DNA of 55,928 nt from Oscillospiraceae bacterium. Its GTDB lineage: Bacteria > Bacillota > Clostridia > Oscillospirales > WRJC01. Position 1 is the stretch's first letter, and each line of letters begins with the position of its first letter. The stretch is taken from positions 1 through 55,928 of the forward strand of contig WRMA01000002.1 in the NCBI GenBank assembly GCA_009777355.1, read 5' to 3'. Positions 27,009 to 35,524 of the stretch are shown piece by piece. The notes under the pieces were generated by a model. It made no database searches. It was given only the letters and a program-made list of their open reading frames with translations, and was not told the DNA's origin. The translations under genes were made by a program, and so were the position numbers.

Positions 27009-27605
27009 TTGAAACAAAAAACAAGAAAATTAAGCGTAAGGCTTACGATACGCAATATCTGCTATATCTCCCTGTTTGCGGCGGCGATTGCCGTATGCGC
27101 GCAGATTATTATACCCATGCCCGCCGTGCCGTTCACTTTGCAGACGTTCGCGGTACCTCTGGCGGGGATTATTCTCGGCGCGAAAAAAGGAACGCTCGCC
27201 GTTCTCGTTTATATTTTACTCGGCATGACGGGCGTTCCTGTGTTCGCGGGATTCCGGGGAGGTTTCGGCGTTATTTTCGGCGCGACCGGAGGATTTATTT
27301 TATCTTTCCCCGTTATGGCTCTAATCGCGGGGATTTTTTCAGACCTCCAGAATAAATTTAAACTTAAACTTAAAAATATACGCCTGAGAATATTATTTCT
27401 CGCGTGCGGGCTTATTTTAGGCGCAGGGTTAAATTACATATGCGGTCTTCTGTTCTTCTGTTACATAACTTCGAGAAGTCTCGGCGAGGCGTTCGCTTTA
27501 TGCGTTACCCCGTTTCTTCTGCCTGATACGCTTAAAATAATACTTGCCGGCGGAATAGGCGTAAGCGTAAGAAATATTCTCGTAAGAAATAAAATCCTTG
27601 ATTAG
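27009..27605 (+). CDS. bioY: Biotin transporter BioY
   Basis: FTLQTFAVPLAGIILGAKKGTLAVLVYILLGMTGVPVFAG..GGFILSFP is typical of BioY. GGAGGA (26994-26999) lies 9 nt before in-frame TTG 27009. The track start at 26952 would fall inside the promoter. Confidence 0.8.
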   Translation: MKQKTRKLSVRLTIRNICYISLFAAAIAVCAQIIIPMPAVPFTLQTFAVPLAGIILGAKKGTLAVLVYILLGMTGVPVFAGFRGGFGVIFGATGGFILSFPVMALIAGIFSDLQNKFKLKLKNIRLRILFLACGLILGAGLNYICGLLFFCYITSRSLGEAFALCVTPFLLPDTLKIILAGGIGVSVRNILVRNKILD

Positions 27606-27711
27606 ACCTCTTGCGAAATTAAAATCCTGATTGTAGGGGCGCGCATTGCGCGTCCGCAAAACCAACGCGGTTTTGACGTTTTTCTGACGGACGGCCAATG
27701 GCCGCCCCTAC
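27603..27711. mobile_element. Family-1 element, right TIR missing (truncated)
   Basis: TAGACCTCTTGCGAAATTAAAATCCTGATT plus both GTAGGGG/CCCCTAC modules are nearly identical to 23126-23234. No ATTTCGC..GGTCTA end follows. The first three bases form the bioY stop codon. Confidence 0.6.
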
Positions 27712-28007
27712 GTCATTAACCCGAGAATAAACTGAACAGAGACCTGAAAGAAGTCAGAACCGCGGCGCATATAAGGGTGCAGTAAGACACGAGCATAAAT
27801 AATTTAAGCGCGGACTTGACTCTTTGACTTCTGAACGGCCGGGACAGTTTTAACAGTTTGTTTTTTATTTTCAATTTAATTTCCAAAATAGTTTACCTCC
27901 ATGAAACATATAAAAATATTTATATATATATTTTTCTCTTTATTTCTGGAGTTTATACTATTTTTTTCTTATAATTCTAAATAATACTTATTTATTTTGA
28001 ATTAAAG

Positions 28008-28055
28008 CGCTCCGCGTTTCATATATTTAAATTATAAATTATAAAACGCGGAGCG
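28008..28055 (+). promoter_or_regulatory. Perfect 12-bp stem occluding the Shine-Dalgarno sequence of the M23 peptidase gene
   Basis: CGCTCCGCGTTT (28008-28019) pairs with AAACGCGGAGCG (28044-28055) across a 24-nt AT-only loop. GGAG (28050-28053) is the SD, 7 nt before ATG 28061. Confidence 0.5.
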
Positions 28056-28060
28056 GATTT

Positions 28061-29146
28061 ATGACGTCTTTTAAAATATCGGTTAAAAATAACGTGAAAT
28101 TATTTGTTTTTGTTTGCTTTACTGCGGTAATATCCGGGGGGTTATTTGTAAATTACGCCTTTTTGCATAATCGCGGCGATAATTACGGGGATATACTCCC
28201 GGTTCTGGAGAGCGGCGGCGAATATATAAAGTGGATGGAATTTAATTTAAAGCTCTCCACTTTGCAGAAAGCCCTGAAATACGATATCGATTCAAATTCA
28301 AACGGGGGAGAGACCCCGCTCAACTGGATTGAGCTCATGTCTTACGCGGCCGCGAAAAACTGGGGCAACGTTAAAGACGAGAAAAAAATAAACAGAGACA
28401 TTGACGATTTGGTTAAACAGCTCCGGAACGGCAAAACAATAGAGGAGCTTACTGAAAATAATAATAATCTGAAATTATACGGTTATTATTACGAGACGTT
28501 TTACGCGGTTCTCAACGGCTTCGTCGGGGATTATGAATTAATAGAAACTTCGCCGGAGAATCCCGGGGAGGAGATTTTAACCAGAAAATACGGCTTGAAA
28601 GTCTTTTCGCCGATTGCCAGAGGTTACGGTTACTCCCATTACGACGATTTCGGCAACTCCCGTTCGTTCGGCTACAGGCGAAAGCATTTGGGGAACGATT
28701 TACTCGGGAGCGTGGGCACGCCGATTATCGCCGTCGAGGACGGATACATAGAAGCTATGGGCTGGAACAGATTCGGCGGCTGGCGTATCGGCATAAGAAG
28801 CCATGATAATCAGAGATATTATTATTACGCGCATTTAAGAAAAGGTCATCCGTTTGCCGGCGGACTCAAAGAAGGCGGGTTTGTTCAGGCGGGCGACGTC
28901 ATAGGCTATCTGGGCATGACGGGATACAGCTCAAACGAAGATACCAATAATATACAAATACCCCATCTTCACTTCGGATTACAGATTATATTCGACGAAT
29001 CGCAGAAAGACGGGATTAATCAAATATGGGTCGACGTTTATAATATAGTCAAACTTCTCGAGGGTAACAGAATGGCGGTCGGGAAAACGGCCGACGGAAA
29101 AGAATGGCAGAGAGCGAGAAATATAAATAATATAGTCACGGATTAG
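28061..29146 (+). CDS. M23-family metallopeptidase, membrane-anchored
   Basis: HLGNDLLGSVGTPIIAVEDG, GWRIGIRSHD, and GYLGMTGYSS...PHLHFGLQ (the HxxxD / HxH signatures) are present. There is an N-terminal TM segment. Confidence 0.85.
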   Translation: MTSFKISVKNNVKLFVFVCFTAVISGGLFVNYAFLHNRGDNYGDILPVLESGGEYIKWMEFNLKLSTLQKALKYDIDSNSNGGETPLNWIELMSYAAAKNWGNVKDEKKINRDIDDLVKQLRNGKTIEELTENNNNLKLYGYYYETFYAVLNGFVGDYELIETSPENPGEEILTRKYGLKVFSPIARGYGYSHYDDFGNSRSFGYRRKHLGNDLLGSVGTPIIAVEDGYIEAMGWNRFGGWRIGIRSHDNQRYYYYAHLRKGHPFAGGLKEGGFVQAGDVIGYLGMTGYSSNEDTNNIQIPHLHFGLQIIFDESQKDGINQIWVDVYNIVKLLEGNRMAVGKTADGKEWQRARNINNIVTD

Positions 29147-29148
29147 CA

Positions 29149-29179
29149 GGGGCGATTGATAATCGCCCCCCGTTTTTTT
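29149..29179 (+). terminator. Intrinsic terminator
   Basis: GGGGCGATTgatAATCGCCCC is followed by ccgTTTTTTT. The stem resembles the GCGAT-type REP module at 23026. Confidence 0.8.
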
Positions 29180-29281
29180 ATGTTTAAATTTTGATTATAT
29201 AATAAAAATTAATAGATTGTACAAGAAATATATCAAAATATTATATATACTGAAAATAAGTAAATAAATTTAAATATATAC

Positions 29282-29499
29282 GAGTTACGCAGTTGGTTTA
29301 AATCTGCTCCAAAGCCCTCTTTTTTAAAGAGGGTGGCGCGCGGAGATGTTATTTTGATTGAGGCATTGGCGTAAAATCCGCGCGACGGGTGTTTTGAAAT
29401 TTGACGCTGCCGAGGGGAGACAGAAACACCCGCCGTCTGCGGACGGCACCCTCTTTACGAAAGAGGGCAAAGATAGTAAATACATCAAGCGCGTAACTC
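29282..29499. mobile_element. Palindromic element, family 3
   Basis: The ends are GAGTTACGC and GCGTAACTC. Internal local hairpins are GCCCTCTTttttaAAGAGGGT and CCCTCTTTacgAAAGAGGG, plus the shared blocks GACGGGTG and CACCCGCCGTCTGCGGACGGCACCC. Copies are at 45014 and 52061. Confidence 0.6.
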
Positions 29500-29520
29500 A
29501 GGATATAAAAAAGAGAAAAT

Positions 29521-30441
29521 ATGGCGAATTACGAGCATTATAAAATATTTTGTAAAATAGTCGAATGTCAGAGTATATCAAAAGCCGCGAACCAGCTTTA
29601 CGTTTCGCAGCCCGCTGTCAGCCTCGCTATAAAACAGCTCGAGACAAGTCTGAACGTCAAGCTTTTTTTCAGGACGCAGAAAGGCGTGACCTTGACGAGC
29701 GAAGGCGAAATGCTGTATAATTACGTCAGGCAGGGATGTACGCTTATCAGCGTCGGCGAAGAAAAACTAAAAGAACTCAGCGTACTTCAGGCGGGTGAAA
29801 TCAGTATCGGCGCGAGCGATATGACGCTGAGGTTTTTTCTTCTGCCTTTAACAGAGAGATTCCATAAAAATTTTCCTCTGGTAAAAATAAAAATATCGAA
29901 CGCGCCGACTCCCGAAACCCTTCAGCATCTAAAAGAGGGGATTATAGATTTCGGCGCGGTTTCCGAACCGGTCGACTACAACGCGGCGAATTTTAATTTC
30001 AAGAGCGTAAAATCAGTCCGGGATATTCTCGTCGCGGGGGATAAATTCAGGGAGCTTGCCGAAAGCGGCGGGATTTCTCTGCCGGATTTGAAGAAATACA
30101 CGTTTATCATGCTTGAAAAAGGCACGAGCACGAGGCAGTACATAGATACTTATTTCAGGAAAAACAACATAGAAATCAATCCGGAAATCGAGCTTGCGAC
30201 GAGCGACCTCGTCGCCGAATTTATACGCAGGGGAATGGGCATAGGTTTTATTCTTGAAGATTTCGTTATCGAAGAACTGAGAAACGGGGCGCTGCATAAA
30301 ATAAATCTGATTCCCGAACTTCAGCCGAGGGAGTTTTATATAGTCACCCATTCGAATATACCGCTGACGTCCGCCGCGAAAAAGCTTCTCGAATACAACG
30401 ACATAGACGTAAGCGGCATAGACGCGGGAGCTAATTATTAA
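29521..30441 (+). CDS. LysR-family transcriptional regulator
   Basis: There is an N-terminal wHTH (FCKIVECQSISKAANQLYVSQPAVSLAIKQLE..L.VKLFFRTQKGV) and a LysR substrate-binding half. Confidence 0.9.
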   Translation: MANYEHYKIFCKIVECQSISKAANQLYVSQPAVSLAIKQLETSLNVKLFFRTQKGVTLTSEGEMLYNYVRQGCTLISVGEEKLKELSVLQAGEISIGASDMTLRFFLLPLTERFHKNFPLVKIKISNAPTPETLQHLKEGIIDFGAVSEPVDYNAANFNFKSVKSVRDILVAGDKFRELAESGGISLPDLKKYTFIMLEKGTSTRQYIDTYFRKNNIEINPEIELATSDLVAEFIRRGMGIGFILEDFVIEELRNGALHKINLIPELQPREFYIVTHSNIPLTSAAKKLLEYNDIDVSGIDAGANY

Positions 30442-30462
30442 TTGATAGTTAATAGACTTCTT

Positions 30463-30589
30463 GTGAAACTGCATTACCATGTAGGGGCGGCCATTGGCCG
30501 TCCGTCCGAAAAACATCAAAACTGTGTTAATTTTACGGACGCGCAATGCGCGCCCCTACAATCAAGATTCTAATTTCGCAAGAGGTCTA
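30463..30589. mobile_element. Family-1 element, inverted orientation
   Basis: TAGACTTCTTGTGAAAC ... ATTTCGCAAGAGGTCTA. The core is GTAGGGGCGGCCattGGCCGTCCG ... CGGACGCGCaatGCGCGCCCCTAC, the reverse complement of the 23126 copy. Confidence 0.6.
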
Positions 30590-30611
30590 ATATTAAACGG
30601 AGGTTTTTATT

Positions 30612-31784
30612 ATGGGTAGCAAAGCGAAAAGGGATATAAATATTGCCGTTATAGGCTCGGGATTTATGGGCAGGACGCACAGTTATTCCGCGGCGAATCT
30701 CAAATTTTTCTATGAGGATTTGCCGTTCAACGCGGTTCTGCATACGATTTGTTCAAGAGATAAAACAAAAGGCGAAGAAATTGCCGGAGAATGGGGATTT
30801 TTAAAATCAGAGACGGATTTGGATAAGATACTCGGTAATCCTGAAATCGACGTTATAGACATATGCTCGCCGAATATATATCATTTCGATATTTTAACGC
30901 GCGCTATTGACGCGGGAAAGCATATATACTGCGAAAAACCGCTCGTAATATCGGCCGAACAGGCCGACGAAGTCATAGAGAAATTAGACAGCGTAAATAA
31001 AAAGATTATATGCGCGGTGGTGTTCCACAACAGATTCTCCCCGGCCGTTCTCAGGGCGAAGCAGATTACGGACGGGAATCTTCTGGGGCGGGTTATTTCT
31101 TTCAGGTGCGCTTATCTTCACAATTCAAATATAGACTTAAACAAAAACGCGGGCTGGAAACAGACTTCTGCCGGAGGAGGAGGCGTTTTGTTTGACCTTG
31201 GTTCGCACGCGATAGATTTAATGCGCTTTTTGTGCTGCGGAAACAATAATAACGGCGATATTATATCAGTTTCGGGAAAATCGCAGATTTTTTTCCCCGT
31301 AAGAAAAGGCGTAGACGGCAAAGAATGGCAGACGGACGCGGACGAGGCTTTTTATATGACCGTTCAGCTCAAAAACGGAGCGGTCGGAACTATCGAGGCG
31401 AGTAAGCTCGCGACGGGAACAAATTCAGACTTGTCGTTTGAGATATACGGCGAAAAAGGCGCGCTTAAATATTCGCTCATGCAGCCGAATTATCTGGAGT
31501 TTTACGATAACTCGAAGCCGGACGGCGATTACGGCGGGGAAAAGGGCTTTACGAAAATAGAGTGCGTTCAGAGATACCCCGCTCCGGGTAATATTTTCCC
31601 GGGGGTGAAAGCTCCTGTCGGGTGGCTGCGTCTGCATATGCACAGCCTGTATTTATATCTTGACGGGGTTTATAGAAATAATTTAAACGAATTGTCGCCG
31701 TCTTTTTACGACGGCGCGGCGGTTCAGAAGATTATGTCGAAGGCTTTGACTTCCGATAAAACCGGCGGCTGGGTATATATATGA
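30612..31784 (+). CDS. Gfo/Idh/MocA-family oxidoreductase
   Basis: An N-terminal Rossmann motif (IAVIGSGFMGRTHS) and EKP (YCEKPL) are present. Length is about 390 aa and there is a GGAGG RBS. Confidence 0.85.
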   Translation: MGSKAKRDINIAVIGSGFMGRTHSYSAANLKFFYEDLPFNAVLHTICSRDKTKGEEIAGEWGFLKSETDLDKILGNPEIDVIDICSPNIYHFDILTRAIDAGKHIYCEKPLVISAEQADEVIEKLDSVNKKIICAVVFHNRFSPAVLRAKQITDGNLLGRVISFRCAYLHNSNIDLNKNAGWKQTSAGGGGVLFDLGSHAIDLMRFLCCGNNNNGDIISVSGKSQIFFPVRKGVDGKEWQTDADEAFYMTVQLKNGAVGTIEASKLATGTNSDLSFEIYGEKGALKYSLMQPNYLEFYDNSKPDGDYGGEKGFTKIECVQRYPAPGNIFPGVKAPVGWLRLHMHSLYLYLDGVYRNNLNELSPSFYDGAAVQKIMSKALTSDKTGGWVYI

Positions 31785-32305
31785 TTACAGAATTTTCAGA
31801 ATTTGTCAAAACGTGCTGTTTTACGGGTCATCGTCCGAAAACCCTGCCGTGGGGTTATGACGAGAGCGATTTAAGATGCGCGGCGCTGAAATCAAGAATT
31901 AGATTTACGCTTGAGAATTTAATAGTTCTGGACGGGTATAATAAATTTATTTCCGGAATGGCAATGGGAGCGGACATGATATGCGCGGAGGTCGTCCTGT
32001 CGCTCAAGGCTTTGTATCCGCATATAAAACTGGAGTGCGCGGTGCCGAGCTATGCGTTTACAGAAAGCTGGAAAGATTCAGACGTTCACAGATTCAGCGG
32101 CATATTAACCAGAGCGGATTCCATAAGATACGTCACGGTCAATAAAATATACAGCAGAAAAGATTTAATGCTTAGGAATATATATATGACCGACGCTTCG
32201 GATATTATTATAGCGGTTTATATAGACGGCGAGAGCGGAGGAACGAGAAACACTATAGATTACGCGAGGGCAAAAAACAAAGAGGTTATAATAATAGAAC
32301 CGTGA
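31781..32305 (+). CDS. SLOG-superfamily protein, DUF1273/YpsA-like
   Basis: CCFTGHRPK near the N-terminus and the GMAMGADM (GxD) motif are typical of the DUF1273/YpsA family. Its start overlaps the upstream stop (ATGA). Confidence 0.65.
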   Translation: MITEFSEFVKTCCFTGHRPKTLPWGYDESDLRCAALKSRIRFTLENLIVLDGYNKFISGMAMGADMICAEVVLSLKALYPHIKLECAVPSYAFTESWKDSDVHRFSGILTRADSIRYVTVNKIYSRKDLMLRNIYMTDASDIIIAVYIDGESGGTRNTIDYARAKNKEVIIIEP

Positions 32306-32379
32306 AAGCAAATAAACAAATTTATTTATTTTATATTTTTATATTTTTATATTTTTTATTTATAGGGGGAAAATTTAAA

Positions 32380-33897
32380 ATGAAAACGAGAAAATTATTG
32401 TTTTTGATTCTGACTGTTCTAATAATTTCTGTTCTGACGGCGGTTACTTCCTGTTCTTCGGAGCCTTCGGGCTCGGGTGACGCGAATATTCCGGGAGGGG
32501 GAGACGCCGGCGAAGATTCTGATTCCGGGCCGTCCGGTTCCGACGGCGAGGTCATAGCTGAAGAAGAAGAAAAATATGAGTTTCCGGATGTTAATTTCGG
32601 AGGTCACAAAATGCGTGTTCTGGGTCCGGACCAATGGTGGGCTATGTCTGCGATGATGTTCGACGAGGAGGAAATGGACGCGGGCGACCCTCTTGACGAC
32701 GCGATTTTCAGAAGAAACCAGATAGTCGAAGAGCATCTTAACATAACGATAGAGGCGACTCTCGTCGCGGGGCCGGAATCGAGGGCGAGAAGGTCTATCC
32801 AGGCGGGCGCCGACGATTACGACGTCGTGTTTACCGATTCTGCTCAGGCGGGAAGCTTGGCAAGCCAGGGATTATATCTGGACTTGCACGGCGTTCCGGG
32901 GCTTAATTTAGAGAAGCCTTACTGGAATCAGCTCGCGCACGAATCCGCCGAACTTCTGGGCAAATTATATTTTACGACTTCGGACGCGAATATAATCACG
33001 AACGACGCTATTTGGGTTTTGTATTATAACAAAAAAATCCACCAGGATTTGGGGCTTGACAGTCCGTATACTTTGGTGAGGGAAGGCAGATGGACTATCG
33101 ACGCGCTTTACGATATGGCGCGCGCCGCCGCAAGAGACATCGACGGAGACGGCAGATGGGCCGCTGACGATATATGGGGAATATCCACTCACGGTCTGGG
33201 ATTTCTCGCCTTTCTCGAATGTCAGGACCAGAGGCTCGTGAGATTAAACGAAAACGGCGAGCCTTATTTAATAAATCCGGACGCCAAATTCGTAGACGCG
33301 TTTACAAAGGCGTTCAGAATCATGAATAAAGAAGACGGCATATGGCTTCACGGCGAGGGAACTTTTGTCGGCAAAACGGCCGATTTAGACCACCAGACAA
33401 AGACTTTTATGGCTGATTTGTCGCTGTTCTGCAGCGAAGTTCTCGGACACGCGAGAGTGTTCAGGGAGATGACTGCCGATTTCGGGCTGCTGCCCCATCC
33501 CAAACACGACGAGTTTCAGGATAAATATTATACTTTCATGATAGACACAGTTCCCGCTTTCGGCATACCCATAACTGCAAATCCCGAGAGAACCGGCGTG
33601 TTTATGGACGCGTTCACGGCGGTATCGGCCGAGACTATTATGCCCGCGTATTACACGATATCTCTCGAGGGTAAATTTACCAGAGACGAAGATTCCATCG
33701 AGATGCTGAATATAATCAGAGACGGACGGATATTCGACCTTGCGGTTCTATATAACTGGGGTACGTTTTACAGTCAGATTATAACTTACGGAACCGGAAG
33801 AGAGGGAACGAACCCGGGTTCGGTTTTTGAAAGATACGGCGACAGGGTGAACACCGCAATCGAGCAGACGCTCGAAAGATACAGAAACATGGAATAA
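32380..33897 (+). CDS. Extracellular solute-binding lipoprotein (large family-1 type), orphan
   Basis: ATG 32380 is preceded by AGGGGGA. There is a signal peptide and lipobox VTSC. It is a paralogue of 21443-22969. The track start at 32302 adds an implausible Phe/Ile-rich leader. Confidence 0.7.
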   Translation: MKTRKLLFLILTVLIISVLTAVTSCSSEPSGSGDANIPGGGDAGEDSDSGPSGSDGEVIAEEEEKYEFPDVNFGGHKMRVLGPDQWWAMSAMMFDEEEMDAGDPLDDAIFRRNQIVEEHLNITIEATLVAGPESRARRSIQAGADDYDVVFTDSAQAGSLASQGLYLDLHGVPGLNLEKPYWNQLAHESAELLGKLYFTTSDANIITNDAIWVLYYNKKIHQDLGLDSPYTLVREGRWTIDALYDMARAAARDIDGDGRWAADDIWGISTHGLGFLAFLECQDQRLVRLNENGEPYLINPDAKFVDAFTKAFRIMNKEDGIWLHGEGTFVGKTADLDHQTKTFMADLSLFCSEVLGHARVFREMTADFGLLPHPKHDEFQDKYYTFMIDTVPAFGIPITANPERTGVFMDAFTAVSAETIMPAYYTISLEGKFTRDEDSIEMLNIIRDGRIFDLAVLYNWGTFYSQIITYGTGREGTNPGSVFERYGDRVNTAIEQTLERYRNME

Positions 33898-33902
33898 AAT
33901 AA

Positions 33903-34060
33903 TAGACCTCTTTTAAAACCGAAATACGACCACCCCGCCCTTCGGGCACCCCTCCGCGGAGGGGAATTAATAAAACGGCGGAGTTGAGTGAAAATTCCCC
34001 TCCGTGGAGGGGTGGCGCGGCGCGTAAGCGGCGTGACGGGGTGGTTTTGAAAGAAGTCTA
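33903..34060. mobile_element. Palindromic element, family 2
   Basis: The termini TAGACCTCTTTTAAAAC and GTTTTGAAAGAAGTCTA match at 15 of 17 positions. Inner arms are GACCACCCCG and CGGGGTGGT. Local hairpins are CCCCTCCgcGGAGGGG, CCCCTCCgtGGAGGGG and GCCGCgtaaGCGGC. Copies are at 46488 and 48867. Confidence 0.65.
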
Positions 34061-34077
34061 ATAAAAAAATATATATT

Positions 34078-35511
34078 TTATTTGCCTATGCAGAAATTTT
34101 TGAAGATTCTGCCGACGATATCTTCCGAAACGGACTGCGAGTCGCACCGTTCGAGATTTTTTACCGCGAGTTCCAAATCCATACCCGCGACGTCCTGCGT
34201 GTAGCCGTTTTCAAGCGCCGCGGCCGCCGAATTTAAATTTTCGCAGGCCGCGCAGATTTCAAAATACTGGCGTTCTTCTGTCAAAATCTCCCCGGAGTCT
34301 AAATCGTACCCGTCAAGATTATATAAATCTGCGAGCCTGATGCCGAACTCGTCGCGAGCCGAAACGCCGGAGTTCAAGACAGTATTGTTTTTCGCCGAAA
34401 TCATCAGGGATTTTGCAAAGCTCCCTTCGCTTTCAATAATAAGAGGGAGCTTTTGTTCTGTTGTAATTTCGTCGCATTTATTTGAAACGGCGATGATTTT
34501 CTTTCCGGAATTTTCCTCTCTTCTTAAAATTTCAAGTATATTGTAATCGTCGCCGCATAAATCCCCGGAAGCGTCGAAAACCCCGATAATCAAATCGCTC
34601 TCCGAAACTTTGGCGAGCGCCTTTTCTATGCCTATATTCTCGATTTCGCCGTCCGTTTCCCTTATTCCCGCGGTGTCGTATAAATTCAGGACGAAACCGT
34701 TTACGCTTATTTTCGCGTAAACTATATCTCTTGTCGTTCCGGGAGTTTCGTGGACTATCGCGGCGTCGCTCTGCGACAGCATATTAAGCAGAGTGGATTT
34801 ACCCGCGTTCGGTCTGCCTATTATAACGCAATTTATTCCGTCCGAAATTATTCTGCCCGTATTATAACTCTCTTTTAACTTTTCAAGTTCGTTTTTGACA
34901 TATATTAATTTTTCAAGCATGATTTCCGGGGTCATGTCCGTTAAATCTTCGCCCGGGTAATCTATAAAAACATAGACCTCGCTGATAATATCTTTTAAAA
35001 TATCAGATATTCCGGAAATTTTTCTTGAAAGAGCCCCTTTTGTCTGCGCCGCGGCGAGCCTCGCCCCGGCTTCGCCGGAAGCCGAAATAAGCCTGCCGAC
35101 CGCTTCCGCTCCGGTGAGCGAAATCCTGCCGTTTATATACGCCGTTTTTGTGAACTCTCCGGGTTCGGCGAGTCTCGCCCCGGCTTTTATCGCCGAGTTT
35201 AAAACCGCGTTCGCGATATATACCCCTCCGTGGCACGAGATTTCGACCGTGTCTTCCCCCGTATAGGAATACGGCGATTTGAATTTTACGGCAATCCCTT
35301 CGTCGATAATCCTGCCCGTATCAGGGTCTGAAATATCGCCGAAAATTGCGGTATTAGCCGGTATATCGCCTAAAGCTTTAAACTTTTTATTTCTCGGCAG
35401 AAATATTTTCCCCCCGATTTCAAAGGCCGCAGAGCCCGATATTCGTATGACCGCGATTCCTCCCGTTCCCCTCGCGGTCGCTATTGCGGCGATTGCGCCG
35501 TTCAAAAACAT
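34078..35511 (-). CDS. mnmE: tRNA modification GTPase MnmE
   Basis: IAAIATARGTGGIAVIRISG, G1 GRPNAGKSTLLN, DTAGIR and the C-terminal CIGK are present. The start is Met 21 of the track ORF, preceded by GGGAGAAAG. Confidence 0.9.
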   Translation of the reverse strand: MFLNGAIAAIATARGTGGIAVIRISGSAAFEIGGKIFLPRNKKFKALGDIPANTAIFGDISDPDTGRIIDEGIAVKFKSPYSYTGEDTVEISCHGGVYIANAVLNSAIKAGARLAEPGEFTKTAYINGRISLTGAEAVGRLISASGEAGARLAAAQTKGALSRKISGISDILKDIISEVYVFIDYPGEDLTDMTPEIMLEKLIYVKNELEKLKESYNTGRIISDGINCVIIGRPNAGKSTLLNMLSQSDAAIVHETPGTTRDIVYAKISVNGFVLNLYDTAGIRETDGEIENIGIEKALAKVSESDLIIGVFDASGDLCGDDYNILEILRREENSGKKIIAVSNKCDEITTEQKLPLIIESEGSFAKSLMISAKNNTVLNSGVSARDEFGIRLADLYNLDGYDLDSGEILTEERQYFEICAACENLNSAAAALENGYTQDVAGMDLELAVKNLERCDSQSVSEDIVGRIFKNFCIGK

Positions 35512-35524
35512 AAAATCTTTCTCC

